From an uncultured Lentisphaeria bacterium (GTDB lineage: Bacteria > Verrucomicrobiota > Lentisphaeria > Victivallales > UBA1829), in the NCBI GenBank assembly GCA_949282305.1, contig CASDPB010000131.1, positions 9,405-73,404 of the forward strand: a stretch of DNA of 64,000 bases, read 5' to 3'. This document shows, one piece after another, positions 1 to 10,066 of this stretch. Positions within the stretch are counted from its first letter, which is position 1. Each line of letters begins with the position of its first letter. The position numbers and the translations under genes were made by a program. The notes under the pieces were generated by a model. It did not search any database. It was not told where the DNA came from and was given only the letters and a program-made list of their open reading frames with translations.

Positions 1-1
1 T

Positions 2-2992
2 GCGCTGAAACTCTATCGGCAGACCTCGGGCGAATGGGAGAAGTCCGTGCAGGGAATGAACAATTTTTCCGTGGCTTTCGCCATGATGGCGCCGGAGGTG
101 TCGGGACTCATTGAGCCTACGCTTCTTACCGGGCGGAGAATGGAAAACGGAGTGGTGAAGGAATTTCCGATGTCCGGCAACATGGAGCGTCTGGCGGACC
201 GCGCGGCGAAATGGGTTTCCCTGCGGAAGAAGGCGAACCGGGAAAAGCGTGTGGCGCTGTTTTTCTATCATCCCGAGGGGGGTAGACAGTCGATCGGGGC
301 AAGTTACCTGAATGTTCCGCGCTCCATCGTCAATATTGTCCGCGCGCTTCACCGGAACGGCTATCATTCGGGCGGACTCGAAACATTGGATGAAAAAGCG
401 TTGACGGAACGTCTGATTGCCGGTGTGCGCAATGTCGGAAGCTGGGCGCCGGGAGAGCTGGACGAACTGCTGAAGGCGGGAGAGTATGCGGAAGTCCCGT
501 TTGAGCAGTATCGGCGCTGGTTTTCGGAACTTCCGCAGGCGTTTCAGGATTCCGTGGTTCAGGAGTGGGGGAAGCCGGAAGATTCAACGATCATGACGAA
601 GAACGGCGGATTCATAATTCCTGTCCTTCTCCGCGGAAATCTGGCTGTCCTGCCGGAGCCGATGCGCGGATACCTGGGCGACGTCAACAAGCTCTATCAT
701 TCCAGAACACTTGCCCCGCCTCATCAGTATGTGGCGGTTTACCTCTACCTGCGGCATGTGTTCCGCGCCGACGCCGTGATCCATCTCGGACGGCATGGTT
801 CGCAGGAATGGCTTCCCGGAAAACAGCTCGGGCTTTCCGACGCCTGCGCTCCGGCGGTTCTCGGCGGCGACATGGTAAGTCTTTATCCCTATATTTCCGA
901 CGGCATAGGGGAGGGCATTCAGGTGAAACGGCGCGGGGCGGGAGTGATTCTTTCCCATTTGACGCCTGTGCTCGGCAGTCCCGGAAAACAGTCCGGGCAA
1001 CGGAAACTTGCCGCTCTGATTCAGGATTATCAGAGTGCTGATCCCGGCAGGAAAGAGGCAATTTTCGCGGAATTGAAGGAAGCCGCGGAATCCGGCGGAT
1101 TTCTCCGTGATGCGGGAATTGCGGAGCTGAACACGGAAAATCTTCACCGGCTGCAGCATTATCTGGAAGACCTGCTTCAGTCCGCGCTTCCGTTCGGGCT
1201 GCACAGCTACGGCGCTTCCCCGGGCGGGAAAGAGCTGGAACGTATGCTGGAGCTTTCCGGAAAGAAGGGAAAAGAGCGGGAGCGTCTGCGCTCTCTGCTG
1301 CTGCGTTCCGGTTCCGATGAACTGGATGCCCTGCTTGCCGGTCTCGCGGGGCGCTTCATTCCGCCGGGACTTTCCGGCGATCCTGTCCGTTCCCCTGAAT
1401 CCCTGCCGGTCGGGCGCAACTTCTATGGATTTGACCCAGATAAATTTCCGACGCGCTCCGCTTTTGAAAAGGCTGGGAAAGCGGCGGAAAAACTGATTGC
1501 GGATTACCGTGCGGCGCATGACGGGGCTTATCCCGAAAATACGGCGATTGTGCTGTGGGCAGGGGAGAGCGTGCGGACAGGCGGGCTCAACGAGAGCATT
1601 CTTCTGCATCTGATCGGCATGGAACCGGAGTGGGATGAAAACGGCAGAATCCGCGGTTTCCGCCCGGTTCCCGCCGCGCGATTGAACCGTCCGCGCCTGG
1701 ATGTGACCGTGACGACGTCGGGAGCTTACCGGGATCAGTTTGCCGGACTGCTGGCGAAACTGGATGCGGCGCAGAGAGCGGCCGCGAAGCTGACGGATGT
1801 GGAGAACTTTCTTGCCGCTCATACCCGGGATTCCGTCAGGGAGCTGATGCGCCGGGGCATGAGCGAAGCGGAGGCGGTCCGGCAGGCTTCGCGCCGTATT
1901 TATTCTCCTGCGCCGGGAACCTACGGCGCGGGCGTCAGCCGGCTGGCGGGAGCTTCCGGCGTGTGGGAATCGAACACGGAAATTGCGCAGGTCTATCTGA
2001 ACCGGATGAGCCACGGCGTCGATGCCGACGGGACATTCGGGGAAGGCGGAGCCGGATTGAGAGAGCAGCTGAAAACCGCCTCGATTGTTCTGCATTCCCG
2101 CAGTTCCACGCTTTACGGCGTGACGGATATTGACGACATGTTCCAGTATCTCGGCGGCCTTTCCCTTGCCGTCCGCACGCAGAGCGGCAAGACGCCGGAA
2201 CAGCTGATCCTCGACAACCGGAATGCGTCGTCCGTGCGTCTGACTTCGCTGAAGCGCTTTATCGCGGCGGAACTCCGGACACGCTCCCTGAATCCCGAAT
2301 GGATTGCCGCCCAGCAGAATGAGAACTATGCGGGGGCGCGGATGATTGCACGGACGATTGACAACCTCTGGGGCTGGCAGTCGGTGACGCCGGAGAATAT
2401 TGACCCGTCTCAATGGAATGAGCTGTATGAAGTTTATCTGAAGGACCGTTACCGGCTGGGGCTCCGCAAGTTTTTTCAGCGGGAGAACGCCTGGGCGGAA
2501 CAGTCGGTTTCCGCACGGATGCTGGAAGCGGTCCGGAAGGAGTTCTGGGATGCTCCGCGGCAGATCAGGACGGAACTGGCGCGGAACTATGCGCAGAGCG
2601 TGATCGACAACGGAGTCGCCTGCTGCGACCACACCTGCAACAATCCGCTTCTGCATCAGATGGTAGTCAACCTGATCTCCGTTCCCGGAGTGATGACGCC
2701 GGAGAGCGTCGCGAAATTCCAGGTCGCAGTGGAACGGGCGGCGGCGCGGACGCTTTCGGAACAGATACGGGAGCGCCGCAGTCAGCAGGCGGGCTTGAAA
2801 CAGTCTGCGCCGCAGCAGGAGAGCGCACCCCGGCGGAGTCCGGAACTGCATCCGGTCAGGGGGTATAAAATGAAACAGGCGCACGACGAAACAACGCGGA
2901 TGAGTTCTTCGGGTATCCGCTGGGCATCCATTCTGGCATTGCTGGGGTTGATTGCGGTGTTTCTTGCCGGGACGCGACAGGAAAAACAATAG
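2..2992 (+). CDS. cobN: CobN/Mg-chelatase H-family protein, 5'-partial, with C-terminal membrane anchor (HmuS/BtuS-like)
   Basis: Frame is open from base 2, so the start lies upstream of the window. CobN motifs: RNVGSWAPGEL, HLGRHGSQEWLPGK, LPVGRNFYGFDP, RPRLDV, SGAYRD, NPEWI, NLWGW. Ends with CCDHTCNNP and a hydrophobic helix (WASILALLGLIAVFLAG). Confidence 0.85.
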   Translation, partial: ALKLYRQTSGEWEKSVQGMNNFSVAFAMMAPEVSGLIEPTLLTGRRMENGVVKEFPMSGNMERLADRAAKWVSLRKKANREKRVALFFYHPEGGRQSIGASYLNVPRSIVNIVRALHRNGYHSGGLETLDEKALTERLIAGVRNVGSWAPGELDELLKAGEYAEVPFEQYRRWFSELPQAFQDSVVQEWGKPEDSTIMTKNGGFIIPVLLRGNLAVLPEPMRGYLGDVNKLYHSRTLAPPHQYVAVYLYLRHVFRADAVIHLGRHGSQEWLPGKQLGLSDACAPAVLGGDMVSLYPYISDGIGEGIQVKRRGAGVILSHLTPVLGSPGKQSGQRKLAALIQDYQSADPGRKEAIFAELKEAAESGGFLRDAGIAELNTENLHRLQHYLEDLLQSALPFGLHSYGASPGGKELERMLELSGKKGKERERLRSLLLRSGSDELDALLAGLAGRFIPPGLSGDPVRSPESLPVGRNFYGFDPDKFPTRSAFEKAGKAAEKLIADYRAAHDGAYPENTAIVLWAGESVRTGGLNESILLHLIGMEPEWDENGRIRGFRPVPAARLNRPRLDVTVTTSGAYRDQFAGLLAKLDAAQRAAAKLTDVENFLAAHTRDSVRELMRRGMSEAEAVRQASRRIYSPAPGTYGAGVSRLAGASGVWESNTEIAQVYLNRMSHGVDADGTFGEGGAGLREQLKTASIVLHSRSSTLYGVTDIDDMFQYLGGLSLAVRTQSGKTPEQLILDNRNASSVRLTSLKRFIAAELRTRSLNPEWIAAQQNENYAGARMIARTIDNLWGWQSVTPENIDPSQWNELYEVYLKDRYRLGLRKFFQRENAWAEQSVSARMLEAVRKEFWDAPRQIRTELARNYAQSVIDNGVACCDHTCNNPLLHQMVVNLISVPGVMTPESVAKFQVAVERAAARTLSEQIRERRSQQAGLKQSAPQQESAPRRSPELHPVRGYKMKQAHDETTRMSSSGIRWASILALLGLIAVFLAGTRQEKQ

Positions 2993-3010
2993 CGGCTGTT
3001 TTTCTACATT

Positions 3011-3934
3011 TTACTTGACGGCAAGCATCCGTTCAATCGGCAGGACGGCGCGCTGCATCAGTTCCGGCTGCAGTTCGATCACATTGCGCATTTCCGCAAG
3101 GGCGTCGGCGACCTCCTGAAGCGTGATTTTCTTCATGTTCGGGCAGAGCATCTCCGGTTTCAGCGGGAAAAATTCCTTTTCCGGATTTTCCTTCGTCAGC
3201 CGGTGCAGGATGCCGTTTTCCGTGCCGATGATGAACTGCCTGTCCGCCGATTCGCGCACAAAACGGAGGATTCCTCCGGTGCTGAGCGCTTCATCCGCCT
3301 CCGCCACAATTTCAGGACGGCATTCCGGATGAACCAGGACTTTTGCCTCCGGGTGTTCCGCGCGCGCCTCGCGGATCATTTCCACGGTCACTTTATTGTG
3401 CGTCGGGCAGAATCCCGGCCATAGTTCCATGGGACGGTTCAGCTTGTTCATCATGTTTGCGCCGAGATTGCGGTCCGGCAGGAACATGATCTTTTTGTCT
3501 GCGGGAATGGAGCGGATGATCTTTTCGGCATTGCCGGAGGTGCAGCAGATGTCGACCTGCGCCTTGACTTCGGCGGTGCTGTTCACATACGCCACGAGAA
3601 CCGTGTCCGGATTTGCCTTTTTGTATGCGGCGACTTCCGACGGGTCCGCCATGTCCGCCATCGGACACCCGGAATAAAGATTGGGCAGGAGAACCGTGGA
3701 ATGCGGCGAGAGCAGTTTTGCCGTTTCCGCCATGAAACGGACTCCGCAGAACACGATGACGCCCGCCTTGAGTTCTTTTGCCTTGATGCTCAGTTCAAGA
3801 GAATCGCCCGTGAAATCGGCAATATCCTGAATATCGCTGGTGACATAATTGTGGGCGAGTATGACGGCATTGCGCTCCCTGCGCAGTGTTGCAATTTCTT
3901 CTGCAAGTGTCAACATTGGTTCATTCCCCTGCAT
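3011..3934 (-). CDS. nadA: quinolinate synthase A
   Basis: Motifs ILAHNY, GDSLEL, FCGVRFMAETAK, CPMAD, YVNSTAEVKA, CTSGNA, VHPEC, CPNMK. Start may be the second Met (about 3916). Confidence 0.95.
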   Translation of the reverse strand: MQGNEPMLTLAEEIATLRRERNAVILAHNYVTSDIQDIADFTGDSLELSIKAKELKAGVIVFCGVRFMAETAKLLSPHSTVLLPNLYSGCPMADMADPSEVAAYKKANPDTVLVAYVNSTAEVKAQVDICCTSGNAEKIIRSIPADKKIMFLPDRNLGANMMNKLNRPMELWPGFCPTHNKVTVEMIREARAEHPEAKVLVHPECRPEIVAEADEALSTGGILRFVRESADRQFIIGTENGILHRLTKENPEKEFFPLKPEMLCPNMKKITLQEVADALAEMRNVIELQPELMQRAVLPIERMLAVK

Positions 3935-4034
3935 TGTTTACGGTTTTCCGGTAATATACTCCTTGAAAAGAAAATTGAAAGCTGTATTTTATATTTCGCA
4001 ACTGTTTCAGCAAGATATTGGAAAGAAGGATTCC

Positions 4035-5084
4035 ATGACCGATCATGAACTCGAACAACTGCTCAGCCTGTCTGAGCCCGATGAGCTCCGCCGTCTTTAC
4101 GGCGACGCCTATCGGATGAAACTGAAATATATCGGGAAAAACGTCAGCATCCGCGCCCTGATTGAGATCAGCAATATCTGCCGGAAGAACTGCTACTACT
4201 GCGGCATCCGCGGAGGGAACGGGAACGTGAGGCGCTTCAGGATTTCAAGAGAGGAGATCATTGATACCGCATTGTGGGCGTATCGTCACCGGTTTGCGTC
4301 TCTTGTCCTGCAGTCCGGCGAGGTCATATCCGAAGAATTTACGGAGTTCATCGAGGGAATTGTAAGGGAAATCTGCGCGAAAACGGATCATCAGGTCGGA
4401 ATTACGCTCTCTCTCGGAGAACAGGCGCCCGATGTCTACCGGCGCTGGCGGGAGGCGGGGGCGACACGTTATCTGCTCCGCATTGAAGCGTCCGACCCGG
4501 AGCTTTATGCGCAGCTGCATCCCGCGGATCACAGTTATGAGGCGCGCGTTGCATGTCTGCGTTCTCTGCGCGAACTGGATTATCAGGTCGGAACGGGTGT
4601 CATGATCGGTCTGCCGGGGCAGACTGTGAAGCATCTGGTGAAGGATTTGCGTTTCTTTCAGGAGCATGACATTGATATGATCGGCATGGGACCGTACATT
4701 CCGCATGAAGATACCCCGCTCGGCGCCGGAATGGTTCTGACGGAGGAATACCGGAAGCGTCAGCTGGAACTCGGTCTGAAGATGATCGCCTGTGCGAGAC
4801 TGCTGCTGGAGGATGTGAACATCGCTTCGACGACCGCGCTTCAGGCGCTGGACCCGAAAGGGAGGGAGCTTGGACTTCTCGCCGGGGGAAACGTCATCAT
4901 GCCGAATGTCACGGACACTTCCTACCGGAAAGGGTATCAGCTTTATGCCGACAAACCCGGCGTCAACGAGAGTTCGGATCAGAGCATTGCCGCGCTGACC
5001 CGGAGCATTCATGCCGTGGGAGAAACGATTCTGTGGGATGCCCGGGGGGATTCAAAGCACTATTTCCGCAGACACGGAAAGTGA
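4035..5084 (+). CDS. hydE: [FeFe]-hydrogenase maturase HydE (radical SAM)
   Basis: CxxxCxxC (CRKNCYYC), LQSGE, GTGVMIGLPGQ, GMGPYIPHEDTPL, NVIMPN and C-terminal YQLY. ATG at 4035 follows AAGGA. Confidence 0.85.
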   Translation: MTDHELEQLLSLSEPDELRRLYGDAYRMKLKYIGKNVSIRALIEISNICRKNCYYCGIRGGNGNVRRFRISREEIIDTALWAYRHRFASLVLQSGEVISEEFTEFIEGIVREICAKTDHQVGITLSLGEQAPDVYRRWREAGATRYLLRIEASDPELYAQLHPADHSYEARVACLRSLRELDYQVGTGVMIGLPGQTVKHLVKDLRFFQEHDIDMIGMGPYIPHEDTPLGAGMVLTEEYRKRQLELGLKMIACARLLLEDVNIASTTALQALDPKGRELGLLAGGNVIMPNVTDTSYRKGYQLYADKPGVNESSDQSIAALTRSIHAVGETILWDARGDSKHYFRRHGK

Positions 5085-5091
5085 ACGGGAT

Positions 5092-5538
5092 TCAGATGCA
5101 GTAGTCAAAATGGTCGGTTTCTCCATGTTTTGCCCTGTATTTTTCGACAATTTCCCGGAGTGTGACTTTTGCCATGCTGCTGCGGATTTCCTCATTCAGG
5201 GTGCACCAGATTTCCCGTGCCGCGCACTCTTCTGTGACTTTGCATGAACCGGGATGGCGGACGCAGCCGACAATGGAGACCGGACCCTCCATGGCTTCCA
5301 GGATTTCAAGAAGAGTAAGGGTTTCCGGTGTCTGCGCGATCCGGTATCCCCCTTTGGCGCCCCGGATGGAGCTGACCATTCCCGCTTTGCGCAGTTTGAT
5401 GATGAGACGGCTGATGTATTTTTCGGATATTTGCTGAGACTTCGCGATCTGATGGATCATGCGCGGTTTTGTCCCGTCATTCAAGGCGAGATCCAGCATG
5501 ATGCGCAACCCGTATCTTCCTTTTGTGGAAATCTTCAT
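5092..5538 (-). CDS. Rrf2-family regulator (IscR/CymR-like)
   Basis: MKISTKGRYGLR, RGAKGGY, three clustered Cys, C-terminus DYCI. Confidence 0.9.
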   Translation of the reverse strand: MKISTKGRYGLRIMLDLALNDGTKPRMIHQIAKSQQISEKYISRLIIKLRKAGMVSSIRGAKGGYRIAQTPETLTLLEILEAMEGPVSIVGCVRHPGSCKVTEECAAREIWCTLNEEIRSSMAKVTLREIVEKYRAKHGETDHFDYCI

Positions 5539-5630
5539 GAAAACACTCCATTGTAAATCATACTTCCCCGGTCGTCAATATGTCAGGAATCCATGACCAC
5601 GCAACCGGAATGAGGCAGAAAAACGGGGAT

Positions 5631-5663
5631 AAAAAAAACTCCATGCCGGGAAAGGGCATGGAG
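5631..5663 (-). terminator. intrinsic terminator after the FKBP gene
   Basis: CTCCATGCC/GGCATGGAG stem followed by T8 on the minus strand. Confidence 0.8.
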
Positions 5664-5682
5664 CTGTCCGCCGGAACTGCAA

Positions 5683-6306
5683 TCAGAGGATTTTGATCAG
5701 TTCAACGTCAAAAATGAGAGCGGCGCATGGCGGAATGACATTGCCTGCACCGCGTTCGCCATAGGCAAGACTTGCCGGAATGAACAGGCGGTATCTGGAA
5801 CCTTCACGCATAAGCTGAAGTGCCTCCGTCCAGCCGGGAATCACCTGCGTCAGCATAAATTCAGCCGGCTGTCCGCGTTCGACGGAACTGTCGAATACTG
5901 TGCCGTCGAGGAGTTTTCCCGTGTAATGCACACGCACCTTCTGGTCCTTTGCCGGTCTGGCGCCCGTGCCTTCGGTGATGACCTGATACTGAAGACCGCT
6001 CGCCGTAACCTTGACGCCGTCCTTTTTTGCATTGGCTTCCAGAAATTCCTTCTCCGCCTTGGAGTTGCCCTCCGCCATCTTCTTCATCTGGTTCTGACCC
6101 GCCTGCTGCATCTGCGCCTGCAGTTCATGCATGGCTTTCGCATATTCTTCGGGAGGGAGCCCGGGAGTTCCCGCAAGGCAGTCCCGGAGTCCTTCGAGCA
6201 CGAGCTCAGGCTTGACCGGGAGCGGAGATTTGAGCACATATTCTCCGACATTGATTCCCATCGCATAGCTCATTTTTTCCATGTCGGTTGCAAATGTTCT
6301 TGCCAT
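5683..6306 (-). CDS. fklB: FKBP-type peptidyl-prolyl isomerase (FklB/FkpA family)
   Basis: SYAMG N-domain, TASGLQY, VHYTGKLLDGTVFDSS, VIPGWTEAL, LAYG, LIFDVEL; no signal peptide. Confidence 0.85.
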   Translation of the reverse strand: MARTFATDMEKMSYAMGINVGEYVLKSPLPVKPELVLEGLRDCLAGTPGLPPEEYAKAMHELQAQMQQAGQNQMKKMAEGNSKAEKEFLEANAKKDGVKVTASGLQYQVITEGTGARPAKDQKVRVHYTGKLLDGTVFDSSVERGQPAEFMLTQVIPGWTEALQLMREGSRYRLFIPASLAYGERGAGNVIPPCAALIFDVELIKIL

Positions 6307-6517
6307 AGTAAAATACCGTTTCCGTTTGTGTCCGGCGTGTCCGTCTGCCCCGGATGGACATCCGGAACCGCCGGTTTTATCCGGATAGTATATCCTTGTT
6401 TCCCGGGATAATCAAGGGGCGTTCGGGATTCTTTCCTGAAAAAGTCCCTGAACTTCGGTTCCCGCGGACTTTCAGTCCGTTCTGCCTATTGCCGATGACG
6501 GCCGCCGTGAGAAAAAT

Positions 6518-6916
6518 TCATTTCTCGAAGAAGAAACCGGTAATCTGGAGCTTGGCGACCAGTTTGTTTTCTTCATTCCGGATTTCGACATCCACCACGC
6601 AGGAACGTCTGCCCTTGCTGACTTCACGCGCTGTGGCGCGCAGAGTGTTTCCCGTTCCCGGACGGATGAACGAGACCGCCGCGCTCATGGCGATGCACTT
6701 GTCCCCGTAGGAGTTGGCGGCTCCCGCGAAAGCCATGTCCGCGAGGGTGAACAACGCTCCGCCCTGAACCGTGCGGACTGCGTTGTAGGAGTGTTCCGTC
6801 ACCTTCATGACTGCTTCCGCATAGCCGAGCTTCACGACTTCCAGAGTCATATTGTTCGCTTTGCAGAAGGTATCGTTTTCATTGACATATTGTCTTACCT
6901 GTTCAAAAAAATCCAT
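6518..6916 (-). CDS. PaaI-family hotdog-fold thioesterase
   Basis: N..VQGGALFTLAD motif, 132 aa, GGAGG RBS. Confidence 0.85.
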   Translation of the reverse strand: MDFFEQVRQYVNENDTFCKANNMTLEVVKLGYAEAVMKVTEHSYNAVRTVQGGALFTLADMAFAGAANSYGDKCIAMSAAVSFIRPGTGNTLRATAREVSKGRRSCVVDVEIRNEENKLVAKLQITGFFFEK

Positions 6917-7101
6917 AAGCTGCCTCCTTTTGTCTTCAATGGTTCATTTTCAGGTAACATAACAGAGAAAATGCAAAAAACAATCCCCGGACTGTTTCGG
7001 CGCGGACATATCTTTTTCTGTTCCGCTTCCTGCGTTTTTTCATTCAGACAGACCGGATTCGATCGCTCGCCGCCCTGCATCGGGGATGTTCATCTTCTGA
7101 T

Positions 7102-7134
7102 AAAAAATGCAGATGCTCCGGAGAACATCTGCAT
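7102..7134 (-). terminator. intrinsic terminator after purM
   Basis: ATGCAGATG/CATCTGCAT stem plus T-tract on the minus strand. Confidence 0.65.
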
Positions 7135-7189
7135 GAAATGAACTTTGTGAAAACGCCGTTCCTGTGCCGCGGCAGGAACAGGTTTCGCC

Positions 7190-8245
7190 TTATTTTACAT
7201 GGGATTTGCCGCTTCCGGCAACGACTTCTCCGCAGACGAATGCGTCGAATCCGGCTTCCCGGCAGAGCCTGAGTGCCTCCGCCTGATCCGCTTCCGGGAC
7301 GAAGAACACCATGCCGACGCCCATATTGAAGACGCGGAACGCTTCGGAGTCTTCGATGTTGCCCTCTTCGACGATCAGTTTGAAAATCGGAGGCGGATTC
7401 TTGATGGTATCCTTATGGAAGACCGCATCCACATCTTTCGGCAGGATGCGGGGAACGTTGTCATAAAGCCCGCCGCCCGTGATGTGCGCGACGCCGTCAA
7501 GGGAGACGTCGGAATCCATGAGGCTCCTGACTGCTTTCCAGTAGCAGGTGTGCGGCTTGAGAAGCGCTTCGCCGATGGTTTCGCCGTTCAGTTCCCGGAG
7601 CCGTGAGGAGACCTCATAGCGGCGCATGGTGAAGAGAACACGTCTTGCAAGGCTGAAACCGTTGGTGTGAAGACCGTTGGAGGGCAGGGCGATTGCGACG
7701 TGTCCCGGACGGATCTTCTCCCCCGTGATGATGCGGTCTTTTTCAACCATGCCCGTGATGACTCCGACCAGATCGAAATCCTCGCCGTACATGCCGGGCA
7801 TTTCCGCGGTTTCACCGCCGAGAATCGCGCAGCCGACCTCTTTGCAGGCGTCCGCAATTCCCCCGACCACTTCCTCGTAAAGCGGGCTCCGGAGCTTTCC
7901 GATGCCGATATAGTCAAGGAAATAAACGGGTTCCGCACCCTGCACGGAGATGTCGTTGACGCAGTGATTGACAATATCGTGTCCGACGGTATTGTATTTG
8001 TGCATCATGGCGGCGACCATCAGTTTGGTTCCGACACCATCGATGCTGGCGACCATGACCGGATTTTTCCATTTTGCGAGATCAATCTGGAAGAGTCCGC
8101 CGAATCCTCCGATGGGAGCGAGCATTTCCGGGCGCTTTGCAGCGGCGAATTTCGGTTTAAGGCGCTTCAGAAGATCTGTTGCCAAATCGATATCTACTCC
8201 GGCGCTCTTATAGGTTGAGTGCCCGTTTCCGCTGCTGTGTGTCAT
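7190..8245 (-). CDS. purM: phosphoribosylformylglycinamidine cyclo-ligase (AIR synthetase)
   Basis: YKSAGVD, GGFGGLF, DGVGTK, GGETAEMPGMY, NGLHTNGFSLAR, HITGGG, VFNMGVGM. Confidence 0.97.
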   Translation of the reverse strand: MTHSSGNGHSTYKSAGVDIDLATDLLKRLKPKFAAAKRPEMLAPIGGFGGLFQIDLAKWKNPVMVASIDGVGTKLMVAAMMHKYNTVGHDIVNHCVNDISVQGAEPVYFLDYIGIGKLRSPLYEEVVGGIADACKEVGCAILGGETAEMPGMYGEDFDLVGVITGMVEKDRIITGEKIRPGHVAIALPSNGLHTNGFSLARRVLFTMRRYEVSSRLRELNGETIGEALLKPHTCYWKAVRSLMDSDVSLDGVAHITGGGLYDNVPRILPKDVDAVFHKDTIKNPPPIFKLIVEEGNIEDSEAFRVFNMGVGMVFFVPEADQAEALRLCREAGFDAFVCGEVVAGSGKSHVK

Positions 8246-8420
8246 ACTTTACTCCATATATAATTGATCTTTTGTTTCGACTCGTCCCATAATATAACAT
8301 AAGAATCTGAAAGTTCAGCCCCGCGGAGAAGTTTTTTTGCAAATAATCTGCTGTTTCCGGGGTTGCGGGGAGAGATTTTGCCGTTTATATTATGCGGAGA
8401 AATATTTTCGGGGAGACGCC

Positions 8421-9125
8421 ATGCCTTCTGCAGCAGGAGAAATCAAACGCTTTGCACCGCCGTCGGGGCATCATGCCGCCGCCGGACATGTGATTCTCGT
8501 GCACGGACTTCTGATGTCCGGGCATATCATGCGCCCGATTGCAAAATTCCTTGCGAAGCAGGGGTTTACTTCGATTCTTTACGACTATCCCACGCGGCGG
8601 GCGACGGTTGACGAGCATGGGGCACGGTTTGCCGCATTCATCGAAACGGAGATTTCACGTCTGCCCCGCTCCTCCGGAAAACTTCATTTCGTGACGCACA
8701 GCATGGGCGGGCTTCTGCTCCGTTCGGCACTTTCCAGGCTTTCCCCCGCGGCATGTGCGGACATCGGCAGGATCGTGATGATCGCACCGCCGAACAAAGG
8801 TTCCGATGTGGCGGAATATGTTCTGAGAAATCTTTCCTTTGCCGGAAGAATCGTGAAATGTCTGCCGGATCTCTCTTCCGTTCCGCATTCCTTTGCAAAC
8901 GTTTTTCCCGAGCCGGACCGCCGGTTCGAGATCGGCATCATCGGCGGGAAATACGATCTGGACGTCAGGGAGTCCAGCACTCATCTGACGCATGAACGGG
9001 ATCACCTGATGCTGCCTCACGCTCATACGACGCTGCTGTTTTCACGGCGGACGGCGGAACAGACGCGGCATTTCATTGTTTATGGCGAATTTGAACATGT
9101 CGAAACGCAAAAAGGAGAAAAGTGA
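8421..9125 (+). CDS. alpha/beta hydrolase (lipase/esterase-like)
   Basis: LVHGL oxyanion motif, THSMGG nucleophile elbow, APPNKGS, C-terminal His. ATG follows GGGGAG. Confidence 0.8.
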   Translation: MPSAAGEIKRFAPPSGHHAAAGHVILVHGLLMSGHIMRPIAKFLAKQGFTSILYDYPTRRATVDEHGARFAAFIETEISRLPRSSGKLHFVTHSMGGLLLRSALSRLSPAACADIGRIVMIAPPNKGSDVAEYVLRNLSFAGRIVKCLPDLSSVPHSFANVFPEPDRRFEIGIIGGKYDLDVRESSTHLTHERDHLMLPHAHTTLLFSRRTAEQTRHFIVYGEFEHVETQKGEK

Positions 9126-9976
9126 GGATGTCCGAGATTGCAGTTGTTCGTGCCGCCGACCCGGAGGCGCTGTTTGAACTTGCCGGTACGGTCGGCTGGA
9201 ATCAGACGCTCAGGGACTGCCGGGAGATGCTTCTTGCGCCCGCTGCCACGGGGGTGTTTGCCGTGCATGAGGGACGTGTGATCGGTTCTGCCGCGGCAAT
9301 GGTCTATGAAGGCGATCAGGTGGGATACATCAATATGGTGATTGTCCGGGAGGCCTACCGCCGGCGGGGAATCGCCACGATGATGCTGAGAAGACTCATG
9401 GAGATTCTGAAGAACTGTCATACGCTCCGTCTCTACGCGACAAAAACCGGAAGCTATGTCTATGAAAGACTTGGCTTCAAGACATACGCGACGCTCCACA
9501 AATTCGGCGCGGATGACTATCGCTGTCCGCCGGTATGTGACAGCCGGGTGGCTCCGCTGCTGCGGGAAGACCTTGCGGAGGCTGTCGCGCTGGACAAGCG
9601 GAGCTTCGGACTGGAACGCGGCGCGATGCTGTCCTATTTTTACGAACGTCATCCGGAGCTCTCCTTCAAGATCATGGACGGAAAGAAGATGACGGGATTC
9701 ACAATCGGGCGGATCGGGCCTGTGTCGCGTCAGGCGGGCGCCGTCACGGCGGCGAACGAGGAGGACGCACTGCTGCTGTTTGACGCTGTGGCGCGCTGCG
9801 GTGAACCTTCCCCGCGTGTTCTTCTGGTTGCGTTTGACAGTCAGACACGCCTGATTGAGCTGATGGCGGAGAAAGGCATTTCCCCTGCGACGGAACTTGT
9901 CGCGATGGATTACGGTGAACCCGGTCCTCTCCCCGCCGGCAACTACTATGGCGTCCTCGGCGGCGATTTCGGATGA
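9122..9976 (+). CDS. GNAT-family acetyltransferase (two-domain, YitH-like)
   Basis: GWNQT, V...YRRRGIA acetyl-CoA motif, YERLGF; overlaps the upstream stop codon. Confidence 0.8.
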   Translation: MRMSEIAVVRAADPEALFELAGTVGWNQTLRDCREMLLAPAATGVFAVHEGRVIGSAAAMVYEGDQVGYINMVIVREAYRRRGIATMMLRRLMEILKNCHTLRLYATKTGSYVYERLGFKTYATLHKFGADDYRCPPVCDSRVAPLLREDLAEAVALDKRSFGLERGAMLSYFYERHPELSFKIMDGKKMTGFTIGRIGPVSRQAGAVTAANEEDALLLFDAVARCGEPSPRVLLVAFDSQTRLIELMAEKGISPATELVAMDYGEPGPLPAGNYYGVLGGDFG

Positions 9977-10066
9977 GTCCTTATTCTTCGTGAAGAAACT
10001 CTGTTTCACGCATGGAAGCGTTCCGGATTTTCCGCATTCCATAAACCTTCTCGGCATGAGAGGGAT

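Noticed and set aside
584-2989. 801-aa antisense ORF over cobN, and similar long antisense ORFs (14469-16052, 16056-17300, 33613-34986, 35973-37319, 22890-24281)
   Set aside because: Shadow frames of GC-rich coding genes with no motifs; the opposite strand carries well-recognised proteins.
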